From: Octopus bimaculoides
Lineage: Eukaryota
DNA: 63,807 bases
Direction of reading: 5' to 3'
NCBI RefSeq assembly: GCF_001194135.2
Contig: NC_069003.1
Coordinates: forward strand, 19,520,697 to 19,584,503
Of this stretch, positions 38,571-51,677 are shown in pieces. A model generated the notes under the pieces. That model was not told the DNA's origin, made no database searches, and worked only from the letters and a program-made list of their open reading frames with translations. The position numbers and the translations under genes were made by a program. Positions within the stretch are counted from its first letter, which is position 1. Each line of letters begins with the position of its first letter.

Positions 38571-38801
38571 TTATTTCTTTACTACCCACAAGGGGCTACA
38601 CACAGAGGGGACCAACAAGGATAGACAAACAGATTAAGTCGATTATATCGACCCCAGTTGCGTAACTGATACTTATTTAATCGACCCCGAAAGGATGAAA
38701 GGCAAAGTGGACCTCGGCGGAATTTGAATTCTGAACGTAGCGGCAGACGAAATACCTCTAAGCATTTCGCCCGGCGTGCTAACGTTTCTGCCAGCTCGCC
38801 G
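38571..38801 (-). mobile_element. Youngest-looking family-A SINE, inserted in (GT)n
   Basis: Reverse complement ggcgagctggcagaaacgttagcacgccgggcgaaatgc...; CpGs intact. Confidence 0.92.
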
Positions 38802-40477
38802 TGTGTGTGTGTGTGTGCGCGTGCATGCATGCGTGCGTATGTGCATGCATGCATTCCTTTAGGTTTTTACTTTTGAATAATTCAAGCTAGTTACTAACAA
38901 AGTGGCAAGATTCTTTTGTTTAAATCAAGACAGCTTTTGGGAGTTTGTGGTTATTTAAATTGGTTAGTATCTGCATTATATATATGTGTGTGTGTGTGTG
39001 TGTTCAGATAAAATTATGGATGTGCACATCGCTCTAGTACACAAGTGTGTGTGTGTGTGTGTGCTTTATTACTTTTTATATGTGCGTATTCTGTGTACTA
39101 TATATATGCATGTATATAACCATGTATGTATAAATGCATGTATGTATGTTTATAAATAGATTTACCCCAAAATAGCAACATCAATTTATGCTACAATGCA
39201 TACAATCAATGCTAAGTGCAAGGAACCAGCAACCGACATACTTCGACTGAGTGCACCATGCCCACCTCTGCAAAGGATCTACAGGCATATGAATCAAGGA
39301 AGGAACCTATACATGGTTGTATGCTTTGCTGGAAATAGCAGCCAAATCTCTCTAAAAACCACACTTTTCCATCTTAAAAAAAGGAAGGATGTACTGATGG
39401 ACCCTTTGTCAGACTCTACAAGGAACATTAATTTGTTTGAATCAACCGAACAAGCAACTCTTTACATTAAAGTGTTAGTGGCTGAGTTAGGGTTAGAGGT
39501 GTTCAACTAATGTAATTCCCAAGCCAAAATCAATTATGTCACACTGTGATTCAAAAGGTCAGTATGACTTTTGAATTACAGATACAATCAACCCAATGGG
39601 CTTCTCCACAGTTTCCATCAAACAAATTTCACTCACAAAGTTCGAGTGTTGCTGAGAGCTATATGGTAAAAAATACATTTAACTAAGATACCACACAGTG
39701 GAATTGAACTCAGAACCTCAAGGTTGCTAAATGATCTTTGTAACTACTTGGCCATGTTTGTATCCAACACATTGATGACGTGATTCTAAATAGATTCTCC
39801 TGAAGATGATAAGGAACTGGGGCTAAACCACAGCGACAACAGCAAAAAGTATACAGAAACAGACTGGACATTGTCAAGAGTGTCACACTGCAACTTAAAA
39901 ACAATTAACTCTTTCATATCAGAGTATGTGGTTGTTGTTGGTGTGCTGAAGGAGATGGAGGAGGGTGAGAAGGGGAGGGAGATAAAGAGGGGAAGATGAA
40001 ATGAGGAGAGGAGTAGGAGGTGGAACAGTAGAAGGGAGAAGAGCAGGAGGATGAAAGAAAAGAGAAGGAGGAAGAGGAGAAAGATGAGAAAGAGAAGAAG
40101 ATGAGGAAGCATGTTTTGTCTTGACCAATGGATGCCTGGTTCCCACAATGATATATATAATGTCAATCATTTTGAACTTGGGACTACACAACACCAAGAT
40201 ACATCTAGAGGACCAGTTTCCTTTTTTACTCTCTCAAATTGAAAATTACAATGTCTAGCAACAACTGCCTTTAATTCTTACCAAGCAATTCATAAAGTTC
40301 TAAGGATACCACTGGGTTTTGTTGTTGCTTAACCCCAGGTCAGTATTGTTGGAGCAGACCTACGATCAAAGAAATTCCAACCATTCTGGGGGTAGTATGT
40401 CTAGGATGGGCATTCGCAAACTCTTTTTTTGAAATGATTCACTTTTCAATGGCCCAGATGCACACACACATATATAT

Positions 40478-40805
40478 TTTATCTTTTGTTTCAATCAAAC
40501 AAACCGACTCCAGTACTTATTTTCTTTTTAAGCCTGGTACTTATTCCACCAGTCTGTTTTGCTGAACCACTAAGTTACGGGAAGTAAACACACAAACACT
40601 GGTTGTCAAGCAGTGGTGGGCAACAAATACAAGCACAGACGTATATATATATATAAATAATGGGCTTCTTTCAGTTTACGTCTATCAAATTCATTCACAG
40701 GGCTTTGGTTGGCTCAAAGACAACTGGCTAAGGTGTCACTCAGTGGGACTGAACTTGGGACCATATTGTTGGGAAGTATATCCCTTACCACACCGCACAG
40801 CAATG
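40478..40805 (-). mobile_element. SINE family B
   Basis: Reverse complement match to family B. Confidence 0.8.
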
Positions 40806-41291
40806 CCCATCCATTTCCATCACTGACAATATTTATGTAAGCCAAAGTTAAATAAACCTGGAAAATTTTTTTAGGCCCACAGAGGTAATCCCAGTGGCCC
40901 ACCCATTGATAACCCCTTGTCCAATGAATTCTGTCTTTTATCGAAACAATAAGGTTTGATGTGAAGGAGCTTTAGCTGCTATTTCTAGTAGGTCAGCAAC
41001 CACATAGAGGCTCCTGCACTGGTCTGATGGTGCCACAGGTTGATTTCTTACTTTATTTGATTAAGTCATAATTTAGAGAACAAAAAGAAAGAAAAGAAAA
41101 AACTAAGAAAATCTTGGAAAGCAACTGTTGTATACAATTAATTATGATTCTTCTTACCAGAGATGAAAAGAAGAAATGGAATCAATAGAGTTGTCCTTCC
41201 ATATCTATGAATGCAATCATTAATTAACTAATCAGCTAAACTAATTGAAATAGCATGAAAAACATGCCAGAATAAGTTCAAGAAAGTATCA

Positions 41292-42660
41292 CATCATCAT
41301 CGTTGTTGTCATCATCCACTTTTCCGTGCTTGCATGGGTTGGACATGTCTTTTCCAAGATACAGCATCTTGACATTTGTTGCACTCCTTTGTGAGGTTTG
41401 GTGTGGCCTGTGTCTGTTATGATGGTCCCAGTTGTCATCTCATCAAAATAGCACTGTCAGTGGTTGGACAGCCTGGTGTGCAAGTGTTTCTTCCCTGCAG
41501 GCTGTACCTGTGGGCTATCCCAACACTGCTGGAGTTACAGTTCCCTCCTCTGTTCCATTCATCAGTCTCTCCTGTATAGGATGTTCATTAGGACCCAATC
41601 CTGGAGAATATGGTAGGGAGCACATGTTGCTCATGCAGTGCATTCCCTCTCTCCAACTCACTGATGGATCCAAAGGAACAGCAGGGTCATTACAATTTGG
41701 TACCAACATTATCGCAAGAGTTGCCTAAACAAGGTTGTAAACAATGTTAAACAGTTTCAGAGGTTCCAACTCTTGATTTTTCCTCAGGGTTTACTCCTGA
41801 AACATTTCCATGGTTGCAAGGCAGTGGAGGTTGGGAATTAGGGCTTTCCTTCCCCTAGATATGATACCCCACCACCAGGTTAACAAACCTCATCATTTGT
41901 GAAGCTTAACATCCTGAGATCAGCTTTCATTACTTTTGTCCATATTTTCCTTGGTCTTCCCCGCTTCTATATTTTCTATATTATATAACGTGGATATCCT
42001 GGCACATCTATATTCATCTGTTACCCTCCATACACATCACCATCCTGTATAAACAGACTTTGTTCTTGTACACTACAATTGAGCCCTCTTATACCTAGTT
42101 TATCACTCAGCTTACCTGTACCACATCGTTCATACATACTAACATTACATATCCAGCAGAGAATGCTTGCTTCATTTCTCTCCTACTGGTACACATCTAC
42201 ATTCAATATCCTTGCATTTCACTGCTGCTCTGAGTATTAACTATTCTTGTACATCTGCCACATAATACAAACTCTTTATTCACTTGCTAGTTGCTTGCTA
42301 GTGATATCAGCACACCTCTTAATCACCTATAATTCACATTATGCTAACTTCTCCTTTTCTAGATATGAAGCATGTCCATTTCCCTGATGGCACTAGAGTC
42401 TTGGATTCTTTTCTACTCAATAAATCTTTGATCTTCATCAAATTTACTCCAAGTTCTCTCAATTCGACATTTTACTGCCATGTCTGAAATTTCTTCTCTT
42501 AGTCTTTTAGAGACTCTGCTACAAAGACATATAGGAGTTCTTTCAGACAGCCATTCTATTACTTGGAGAACTATAATAAATAGTAGTAGGCTGAGAACTG
42601 AGATTTGGTGAATGCCTACCTGCACCCTAAATTGTTCACTGAATTCATTGGGTAACTCTC
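41292..42660 (-). mobile_element. Composite degenerate RTE-like LINE fragments
   Basis: (CAT)n-type tail at 41292; 41920-42660 is antisense to the RTE post-RT region (EISDMAVKCRIERTWSKF ~ ARIRIAWAKF); middle part unresolved. Confidence 0.65.
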
Positions 42661-44209
42661 ACTTTGCTGAATTTGGTTTGCACCACATCTATAAGCTATG
42701 CCTAGTTTTCTTGAAAGCCACCAGACTATAGATTATGTTTGCCTGTAAAATGCTAGGTATTGAGGATTATTTTTAGGTAAAAATTAACTTATATTAATAA
42801 TACTTCTTACCTTACACAATATCATTGCTACTCATAAATAACACCCACAGTAAAACCAACTTGTTGTTATTTGAGGTCTCTGACTGTAACTTGGAACAGC
42901 TTATATAAAAACAAAGAAACTCTGGAAGAAGCTTCGTGAAACCACTACTGAGACGCTTCCGAAAAAAGAAAACCGTTGGAAAACAGTTTATAGCAGAGAC
43001 TCCAGCTAAGAAGATCTGAAGAAGGAATTGTAATTCCGAAATATCATTGGACTATAGATAACCAAATTACAACAGGTATATAGTCCATTTTTTGTTTTAT
43101 AGTGCATTGTTGTACCATTCTAAATTTTTTATTCTTTACAACAATTAAAATAGAATAATAATAATAATAAGAGGTACAAGGCCTGAAATTTTTGCATAGG
43201 GATTAGTTGATTATATCAGCCCCAGTACTTGGCTGGTACATTATTTCATCAACCTTGAAAGCATGAAAAGCAAAGCTAACCTCTACTGCTGCCCAAATGA
43301 GGCAATATTCTGAAATAGCAACAACAATAATAATAATAAACTAAGAGTAATAATAATTTCTGCATTGAATTTTTGTAATAACTTGTAAATAATTCCAGAG
43401 ATGGAAAGCACAACAAACTGCTGTGATGCTGCTGTGATGATGATGACAACAATGATGAAGATAATAACAATGACTATTACCATGATAGTGGTGATGATGC
43501 TGACAATATCTATGTTGATGTTGTGGTAATGACAACAGTAATGATAAGGATGATGTTGATAACAATGAGGATGGTGATGATGATGATAACAATGATAATG
43601 ATGGTGGTGGTGATGACAGTGACAATGATGATGCTGATGGAAGTGGTGATGACAACACTGACAGTGGTGGTGGTGATAAGAGGGAGGGGTCTAAAACCTA
43701 AAACCCAATTAAAATAAAAAATAAAAAGACCATTACTAACTGTCAAAGTAAGCAAAGACAATTATCACAGCAATTCCAGGAAGCTAAGAGTGGTAGTCAG
43801 TATGGAAGGGCTTTAACTCAGTAAAAACAATATATAAAGTTGTTGTACTCGTTGTTATTTAGCCCAAGGTTAACCCCGAACAATGAGTCCTATAACCAAA
43901 AGCATTCCAACTATGACAACAACCTTGTGTTATTTTTAATTTTTAAGGCACAGGCTATCTAGTACTACAGTATCCAATAAGTGTTTCATGGTTTATAAAA
44001 CAGTAAGATATGATTTGAGTGAGATTTGACTGGTAGTCCAAGCATATCAAGATGCACATGATCTAGCTACTATTACCAGCAGATTGGTTGACCACAAAGA
44101 GGCTTTGCTCATTTGTTAAGTTGTTGTTGTTTAAAAGTCACACATGATTGAAAAGACTGATTGAAACAGTCCAGTTTCGACCATGCCATTGTTTCGTATA
44201 TTCTATTTT

Positions 44210-44560
44210 CTATCCTTTTACTGGTTTCAGTTGTTGGAATATGACCTTGCTGGAGCATTGACATTTATTGAAGCAAACTGACCTCAGTAGTTGTTTTAAG
44301 TCAGGTAATTAATCTATCAGTCTCTTTCTTGCTAAGTTATGGGGACATAAACATACCAACACTGGTTGTGAAGCAGAGAGACAAATACAAACAAGTACAC
44401 ACATACATTACAAGCTTCAGTACAGTTTTTGACAACAAATTTGCTCAGAAGGAATTGATTGACCCAGGGTCATAGTAGAAGATACTTGCCCAAGATGCCA
44501 TGCAATGGGACTAAACCCCAAACCGTGAATTAAATTTCTTAACTACACTGCCATGCCTAT
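44210..44560 (-). mobile_element. Old SINE family B
   Basis: Diverged reverse complement match. Confidence 0.65.
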
Positions 44561-45640
44561 GTCTATGACTCTAGGACTTCATTAACAAAAGAGTCATTCT
44601 CTTCTTACACTGGTAGGATGTAAGCTTGAGAGGAATCTAGGTTCTATTTCTAGCTTGCTGAGTGACTACACAGAGGCTGCATCTCTGACTTATAGTTTGT
44701 TGTTGTTGGTGGTTGTGGTGGCGATGATAGATGGTGATGTTTTCATTTTCATAGTTTATCAATAACCTCTTGTCTATTCCAGATAGATGGTCATATGCAG
44801 AGAGGGGAAGAAAGGAGAGAGGAGGAAGAGAGAGCGAGAGAGAGAGAAGATGAGAAAATGGTCCTCAAGTGTCCACACTGGTGCCATCCTGACTCAATCA
44901 ATAATTTACATATTAACTGGGCTGTTTGTTTGCAGCAGGGTAGGTTTGTTGCTTATGGTGTGGTATTAGGACCCTCATGGGATTCTCGAAAGATGACTTG
45001 TTACAACTCTGAATTCTATTTTTATTAAGATGTTACTTTACATGGTAGTGTGATAAATGTGATAAAAACTTTCAAAGCATTAGATTAAGTCCTATTGATA
45101 ATGCGCCTTTCTGTATTCTAAGAGCAAATTCTGGTGTGATTAGCTTCACTGGGATCAGTAAAATAAAGGGCAGTCAAGGAACAGGGTCAATTCTATTGAA
45201 GAAAACCTTTCCCATACAGATTTAGCACCATGAAACAAAGAAACAATTATCATAAGAACATGCCTCACACTACTTGTTTCAGTTCTTTCTGTTCTGAGTT
45301 CAAATCCTGCTGAGTTAAAAAATTTGCCTTTGGTCCTTTCAGAAATAAAAGTACTAGGGTCAATGTAGTCAACTTACCCCATCCCCTCAAAATTGCTGGT
45401 CTTGTACCAAAACTAGAAATAATAATAGTTATTATTATTATTATTGTTGTTATCACTACTACTACTACTACTACATCAAAAGACTAGTTCTTATTTCTAC
45501 TAATTATTGTACCTTTGCTCTATATTGTCATATATTTTTTAAATCTGTTTTACATGTATTACATTTTTTCCTAATCCTTCCCTTGTTTATTGTATGTGTG
45601 TATATATATATGTGTGTGTGTATATGTGTGTGTGTGTGAA

Positions 45641-45970
45641 GGCGCATGGCTCAGTGGTTAGAGCGTTGAGCTTACGATTGTGAGGTTGTGAGTTCGAATC
45701 CCGGACCAAGCTGCGTGTCATGTTCTTGAGCAAGACACTTTATTTTACATTGCTCCAGTTCACTCAGCTGTAGAAATCAGTTGCAACATCACAGGCACCA
45801 AGCTGTATCAGCTTTTGCCTTTCCCTTGGATAACACTGGTGATGTGGAGAGGGGAGGCTGGTATGCATAGGCGACTGCTGGTCTTCCATAAACAACCTTA
45901 CCTGGACTTGTGCCTGAGAGGGTAATTTCTAGGTGTAATCCCAGGGTCAGTCATGACTGAAGGGGGTCTC
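45641..45970 (+). mobile_element. tRNA-Arg-like SINE (family C)
   Basis: A box tggctcagtgg, B box gttcgaatcc, TTACGAT loop (ACG), followed by a non-tRNA body; second copy at 51678-51985 on minus strand. Confidence 0.9.
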
Positions 45971-45975
45971 AGCAG

Positions 45976-46006
<31 letters not shown>

Positions 46007-47123
46007 CAAATAGTAAATGAGTATATGCATATGTACGTACAGGTATGTGCATACCGACATCCACCTGTATGTATAGGTGNNNNNNNNNNNNNNNNNNNNN
46101 NNNNNNNNNNNNNNNNNNNNNNNNNNNNNNNNNNNNNNNNNNNNNNNNNNNNNNNNNNNNNNNNNNNNNNNNNNNNNNNNNNNNNNNNNNNNNNNNNNNN
46201 NNNNNNNNNNNNNNNNNNNNNNNNNNNNNNNNNNNNNNNNNNNNNNNNNNNNNNNNNNNNNNNNNNNNNNNNNNNNNNNNNNNNNNNNNNNNNNNNNNNN
46301 NNNNNNNNNNNNNNNNNNNNNNNNNNNNNNNNNNNNNNNNNNNNNNNNNNNNNNNNNNNNNNNNNNNNNNNNNNNNNNNNNNNNNNNNNNNNNNNNNNNN
46401 NNNNNNNNNNNNNNNNNNNNNNNNNNNNNNNNNNNNNNNNNNNNNNNNNNNNNNNNNNNNNNNNNNNNNNNNNNNNNNNNNNNNNNNNNNNNNNNNNNNN
46501 NNNNNNNNNNNNNNNNNNNNNNNNNNNNNNNNNNNNNNNNNNNNNNNNNNNNNNNNNNNNNNNNNNNNNNNNNNNNNNNNNNNNNNNNNNNNNNNNNNNN
46601 NNNNNNNNNNNNNNNNNNNNNNNNNNNNNNNNNNNNNNNNNNNNNNNNNNNNNNNNNNNNNNNNNNNNNNNNNNNNNNNNNNNNNNNNNNNNNNNNNNNN
46701 NNNNNNNNNNNNNNNNAAGGGAGGAAGTAGAAGAATAGGTGAGCAACGAGAGGAAAAGAGAAAGAGAGGAAGTACGAGGGGGAAAAAAGAGATACGTAGT
46801 AGTAACAGAGGAAGAACGAGAGGGGTAAAGCGAGATACGTAGTAGTAGAGAGGAAGAACGAGAGGGGGGAAAATGATAGAGGAAGAGAAAGAGAAAGAGA
46901 TAGAGTAGCGTCGGAAAATATGAAGTTACGAAAACTACTAACAATTGGAGACGCTGCGTTCAATCATACACACACATTCCAGGATATTTGTCATTTTCTA
47001 TAAAAAAATTTTGTATGCATTTGTAAACATGCATGCATGCATCAGGCACTGGTATCCCATGAAGAAATGACTATTAATTTTAACAATGATATTATTAAGA
47101 CTATTTAATTTCTTAGTTTTACA

Positions 47124-47154
<31 letters not shown>

Positions 47155-47157
<3 letters not shown>

Positions 47158-47370
47158 GACGGCAAACTGGCAGAATCATTAGCAAGCTAGGGAAAATGCT
47201 AAACAGCATTTTATCTTGTCTTTAAGTTCTGATTTCAAATTCTGTTCAAAGCCAATATGCCCTTCATCCTTTTGGAGTCAACACCAGTTGAGTGCCGGAG
47301 TCAATGCATTCGACTAGCCCCAACTCCCAAAAATTCAGGCCTTGTGCCTATAGCAGAAAGGATTATTAAT
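47155..47370 (+). mobile_element. Family-A SINE after (ATT)n
   Basis: Head aagacggcaaactggcag; tail ggccttgtgcctatagcagaaaggattatt. Confidence 0.8.
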
Positions 47371-47675
47371 ACTATTATTCAATAACCTTATTATTATTGC
47401 ATGCTTTTGCTACACTACAAAGCTCAGCTCTGTGTGCCTTAGCCATGTGCAGTGTTTTGTTTTCATTTTGTCTTTTTGTTATGACAACCAGTGAAGCTAT
47501 ATTTATGTAATATAGCTGTTCAGCAAAAAGAAACTGATGGAATAAGTACCAGGCTTAAAATAAATACTGGGGTTGATTTGATCAACAAAACCTTTCAAAG
47601 TGGTGCCCCAGTATGGTTGAGTTTAATAATTGAGACATTTATTCTACATAATATGTAAGCTCTAGATTTGTATTA

Positions 47676-47718
<43 letters not shown>

Positions 47719-48459
47719 GATGATGATAAGGGCGGTGTATCTAAGAGAATGCTGCACAATATTTATACAAGCTATTTATATTCAGAGTTCAAATCCTGCC
47801 AAGGTCAATTTTGTCTATTATCTCTCCTTGGGAAAAATTTAGATAAATTGAGAGAACCGATCAAAGACTGGTTAATTTAAACAACTAATCCACTTCACCT
47901 CAAAATTTCTGGCCTCATACCAAAATTACAAAATTATTATTTTTATTAAGGCTGAAAAGATTGAGGACCAACACTTCCCTCTTCAGTCAAGTCTACATTG
48001 ACGTTTTCAAGTTCCACTAAAAAAATATAGTAATAGTAGAGGGGTGTGGTGTCTCCCAGCAAAATTGTGAAAAGGTGGGTGATAGTGGTAAAAAGGTTTG
48101 GATTGAATAGAATTACTCTAAGCATATTGATGTGAATTACTAATAATGTGAACTACTAATAATAAGTATATTAATAATCATGAACAACAGTGGGGTGAGG
48201 GCTTGTACCCTTGGTGGTCAGTGTGACCCTTAATTTGTGGGGTTCCTTGACTGGCCTAATTAGTGACATTCCCGTATCATCCATGTGCATTCACATATTT
48301 TGTATATTATGTTTACTTTTCATCCCATCTCTCTCCTCCTCAACATTTCTTCTAGTAATATTTTTATGTAAACTTCTACACAAATCATAAACTCTCCATG
48401 TGACATTTCTCTCATCAGATATCCCTGTGCCAAATAAAAGAAATTATTATTTTGATCAT

Positions 48460-48920
48460 TAGGTGACAAGTTGGCAGAATTGTTAGCATGCTAGATACAA
48501 TGATTAGTGGCATTTCATTTATCTTTACATTCTGAGTTCAAATTCTGCCAAGGTTGACTTTGCTTTTCATCCTTTCAGGGTTGATAAAATAGGTACCAGT
48601 TGAGCACTGGAGATGATGTAATCAACATACCCAATCCTCCAAACTTGCTGGCTTTTGTGTCAAAATTTGAAACTGTTATTATTATTATTGGTGCCATGTA
48701 AAAAGCAACAGTGCTGGTGCCATATAAAAAGCACCCAATATACTCTGTAAAGTGGTTGGTGCTTGCTAGGAAGGGCATCCAGCTGTAGAAAAACCAAACC
48801 AAAACAGACTAGGGGACCTGGTACAGCCCTGCCCTTGCCAGCTCCTGTCTAGCAGTCTAATCCAAGCCAGCATCGAAAGCAGGCATTAAGTGTTGATGAT
48901 GATGATGATGATGATGATGT
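48460..48920 (+). mobile_element. Family-A SINE followed by old RTE-like 3' UTR with (GAT)n
   Basis: SINE ~48460-48680; RTE tail ~48690-48920. Confidence 0.75.
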
Positions 48921-50053
48921 GGAGCTTATTTACAGTTAGAACTAACTACTTCGGAGTGATGAAGTTGTTCCTATATTTCTGTGATACCTAGTGATAGTTA
49001 GAGCCATCTTGGACCAGTGAGTTGCTCCGGCACTCTGTGGTGATTTGAATCAATCAAGAGTCAAGTGTTCTGTCCATAGATATGATAACACAGTGTTGGA
49101 AACAGGATACTAAATGCTGAACTTGCAGCAGACTGTCCTATACCCTATTCAAGTGGCCATTCACATCTTCCGTATAATGCTAGGAGGGGTGGGGATTAAA
49201 TGAAAACAAATAATAATCAATAATAGAACAAACCAAAGAAGGAGCATCTATGTTATCACTCAACGTGTTAAAAATAGCAGCTAAATCTCCCTCAGATCAT
49301 ACTTGTTTGCTTGGAGGGGGTGGGGGCGAAGACACACTAGATATCATTGTCTGAAGTTATGCTATGTCTGAAAAAGTCGAGGTGGTTGCAGCTTTTAATC
49401 AGACACACTGGATCTGGGTCAACGTGGGACAAAACAACAGCAACATCAATAATGAAGATGCAATTTAAAAAATGATTAAAAAAAAAGTAAATAATATATA
49501 TATATATATTTATGTAACATTTGTAATTAAAAACAAAAAAAAGAATCACTTACTCCAATCAACATCTTGGTAAGTCCGAATTACTTTTTGAGGCAATTTA
49601 TGTTTCATTGAATTAGTCCCAGGTGTATGTATATATTATGTTTGTGTGTGTGTGTGTATATGTATATATATATATTATATTCAATGAGTCGACAGCAACC
49701 ATATATATATATCGATATATATATATGTATGTACGTGTGTGTATTTTTGCTGCTGTTTGTATTATTTTTTTCTTTCCTTTTACTTTTATTTACTTCAGCA
49801 GAGGAGTGATGGTGGTGATGGTGGTGGTGACGAGTAGGATGAGGACACAAATATAGGGGTGGATATAAAGGGGTATGGGGTAGAGGTGGTAGCAATGAAG
49901 GCTTTTTCCTCTTCACCTTTGTTTTGTTGTTGTTGTTTAAATAAAATCACAGCTTCAAAGTATCGCCAATGTAATAAAGAGTAATGAACATTTTTCGTTG
50001 TCGTCGTTGTCATTTACCATTTCATTTTTATTTTATTCTTATTTTTATTTTAG

Positions 50054-50089
50054 TTACAAAAACGCAAGGAGGACAATGACAAGTTCCAG
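50054..50089 (+). CDS. Candidate 36-nt symmetric micro-exon (LQKRKEDNDKFQ or xYKNARRTMTSSx), protein unknown
   Basis: Long T-rich tract ending ttttag|, CAG|GTGAAA donor, length divisible by 3, two open frames, GC/CpG richer than flanks. Confidence 0.3.
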
Positions 50090-51677
50090 GTGAAAAAAAA
50101 AAAGAAAAATTAAATAAATAAATCCCAAGCTTATTCAGGTAAAAACTAACAAGGCCATGACTACACGACGACTGTTCGCTGTACTGCCGCAGCACATGTT
50201 AATTAACATCACATACATACACACACACGCACAAATGCACACGTATACATACATGCATACTCACATAGATACACACAAACTACACTCGCATGAAAAAAAA
50301 ACAACAAACAAAACAAGAGATAAAGAAAAACAGAAAACAAAGGCCAGCAAAAAGCAAACAACAATAACAGTAATAGTGGCAGTAGCAGCAGAGAGGACGG
50401 CGATGGAGTTGGTGTGTATGCAACAACTTCTCAGTCAACAGACATACATACAGCTAACAACAACAGATAGAGCAAGCAGCATGTGTTGGGCTCTCTATAT
50501 TGTAATGATGAAGATGATCCAGAGAGTGTGTGGTGGTGGTGGTGGTGGAGGGGGATTGAGAAACAGCAGTCAAAGCAAATTAGATCGTTGGAGGTGGAGC
50601 TTATATCATCATCATCATTATTGTTGCTGTTGTTGTTATTATTTTATATTAGACATTATGTTATATTCTATATTGTATGGTGTTGTGCTACTAGCAATGT
50701 TCAATCAACTCCTACTGTTCCCCATTCCCTCTGCCACCATCACCACAACCATCACCGCTTTTCCTCGCCTGCCAAATTCATCCTGTTCTCCTCACCTCCG
50801 AACTACCAAAATGGGTTTGTTCTCTTCTAAAGCAGCATTATTGATCACCCTATGTGAAGATATTTTGAATAATGTTGGAGATTCACCCAAAAATGATATG
50901 TGTGTGGGGGAGGGGTGTATGGGAGGAGTGGAGAATCAGACAGACAGACAGATATGATGATAATATTATAACAAATCTTACACAGTAAGAGTCTTACCAC
51001 CAACAAGGTTTAACAAATGTACAACTCGGACAGAATTATTCCATTCAACCAATCAACTTGGAACTCGTTAAAATAAAAGTTTTAACTAAACTAAAGAAGT
51101 TCACAACTTTTATTTATAAATTTTCTCCTCTCCCCAACACTTTTCCTCTTCTCCTCTTCCTACTGCTCACTAAAATTAGATGTTTTGGATGACAGGAGGA
51201 GGTGGCTGTCGACAGTTTAGTAACAAAAAATTATTTTTCTTTTCTTTATCAATTTAGCAAATGAATTAATAAAAATAAAAAAAACTTACAAAGCACTTAT
51301 ATAATTTAATATAACCATGTGTCAGTTACGATTTTCATAAAACCAAAGAAAATAAATTAAAATAAAAGCCACAAACATAAAAAAACAATCAAATCCCAAT
51401 TATTCTTTGAATGATGAAAATAACTCGAGAATCAATGTAAATTAGAAAATTAGATATATTTTTACATGGGTGGGGTGAGGGAAGTATAAATCGTTATTTC
51501 ACTTCAAATATAATTCACAGACAATGAAAAAGAGACAATTCAGATATCGCAGTCAACAATGATAATAAATATATGAAAGGTCTTAATAATTGTTGCTAAT
51601 TTAGGCACAAGGCAAGTAATTTTGAGGGGCGGGATTTAGTCAATATCATCAACTCCTGTATTTGACTTATAAAAAAA

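Noticed and set aside
39786-40197. L/S/P/F-rich minus-strand ORFs
   Set aside because: Antisense of a (GGA/GA) purine tract
43341-43761. Overlapping M/V/I/H-rich ORFs
   Set aside because: Cryptic (GAT/AAT/GGT) trinucleotide repeat
45641-45715. tRNA-Arg(ACG)-like sequence
   Set aside because: A and B boxes are present but the cloverleaf stems do not pair, and it runs into a SINE body with a second copy at 51678
27733-46963. Long ORFs spanning N-gaps (27733, 31208, 32608, 45898 etc.)
   Set aside because: Artefacts of X translation and (TA)n/(CA)n repeats
49364-49468. Protein-looking ORF MSEKVEVVAAFNQTHWIWVNV...
   Set aside because: Overlaps the tail of a dispersed repeat seen elsewhere in the window (…ggggctaaacaacaac family)
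50157-50957. 266-aa plus-strand ORF (longest without N)
   Set aside because: Built from (CA)n, A-runs, (GGT)n and (TAT/TGT)n tracts; no domain or splice logic
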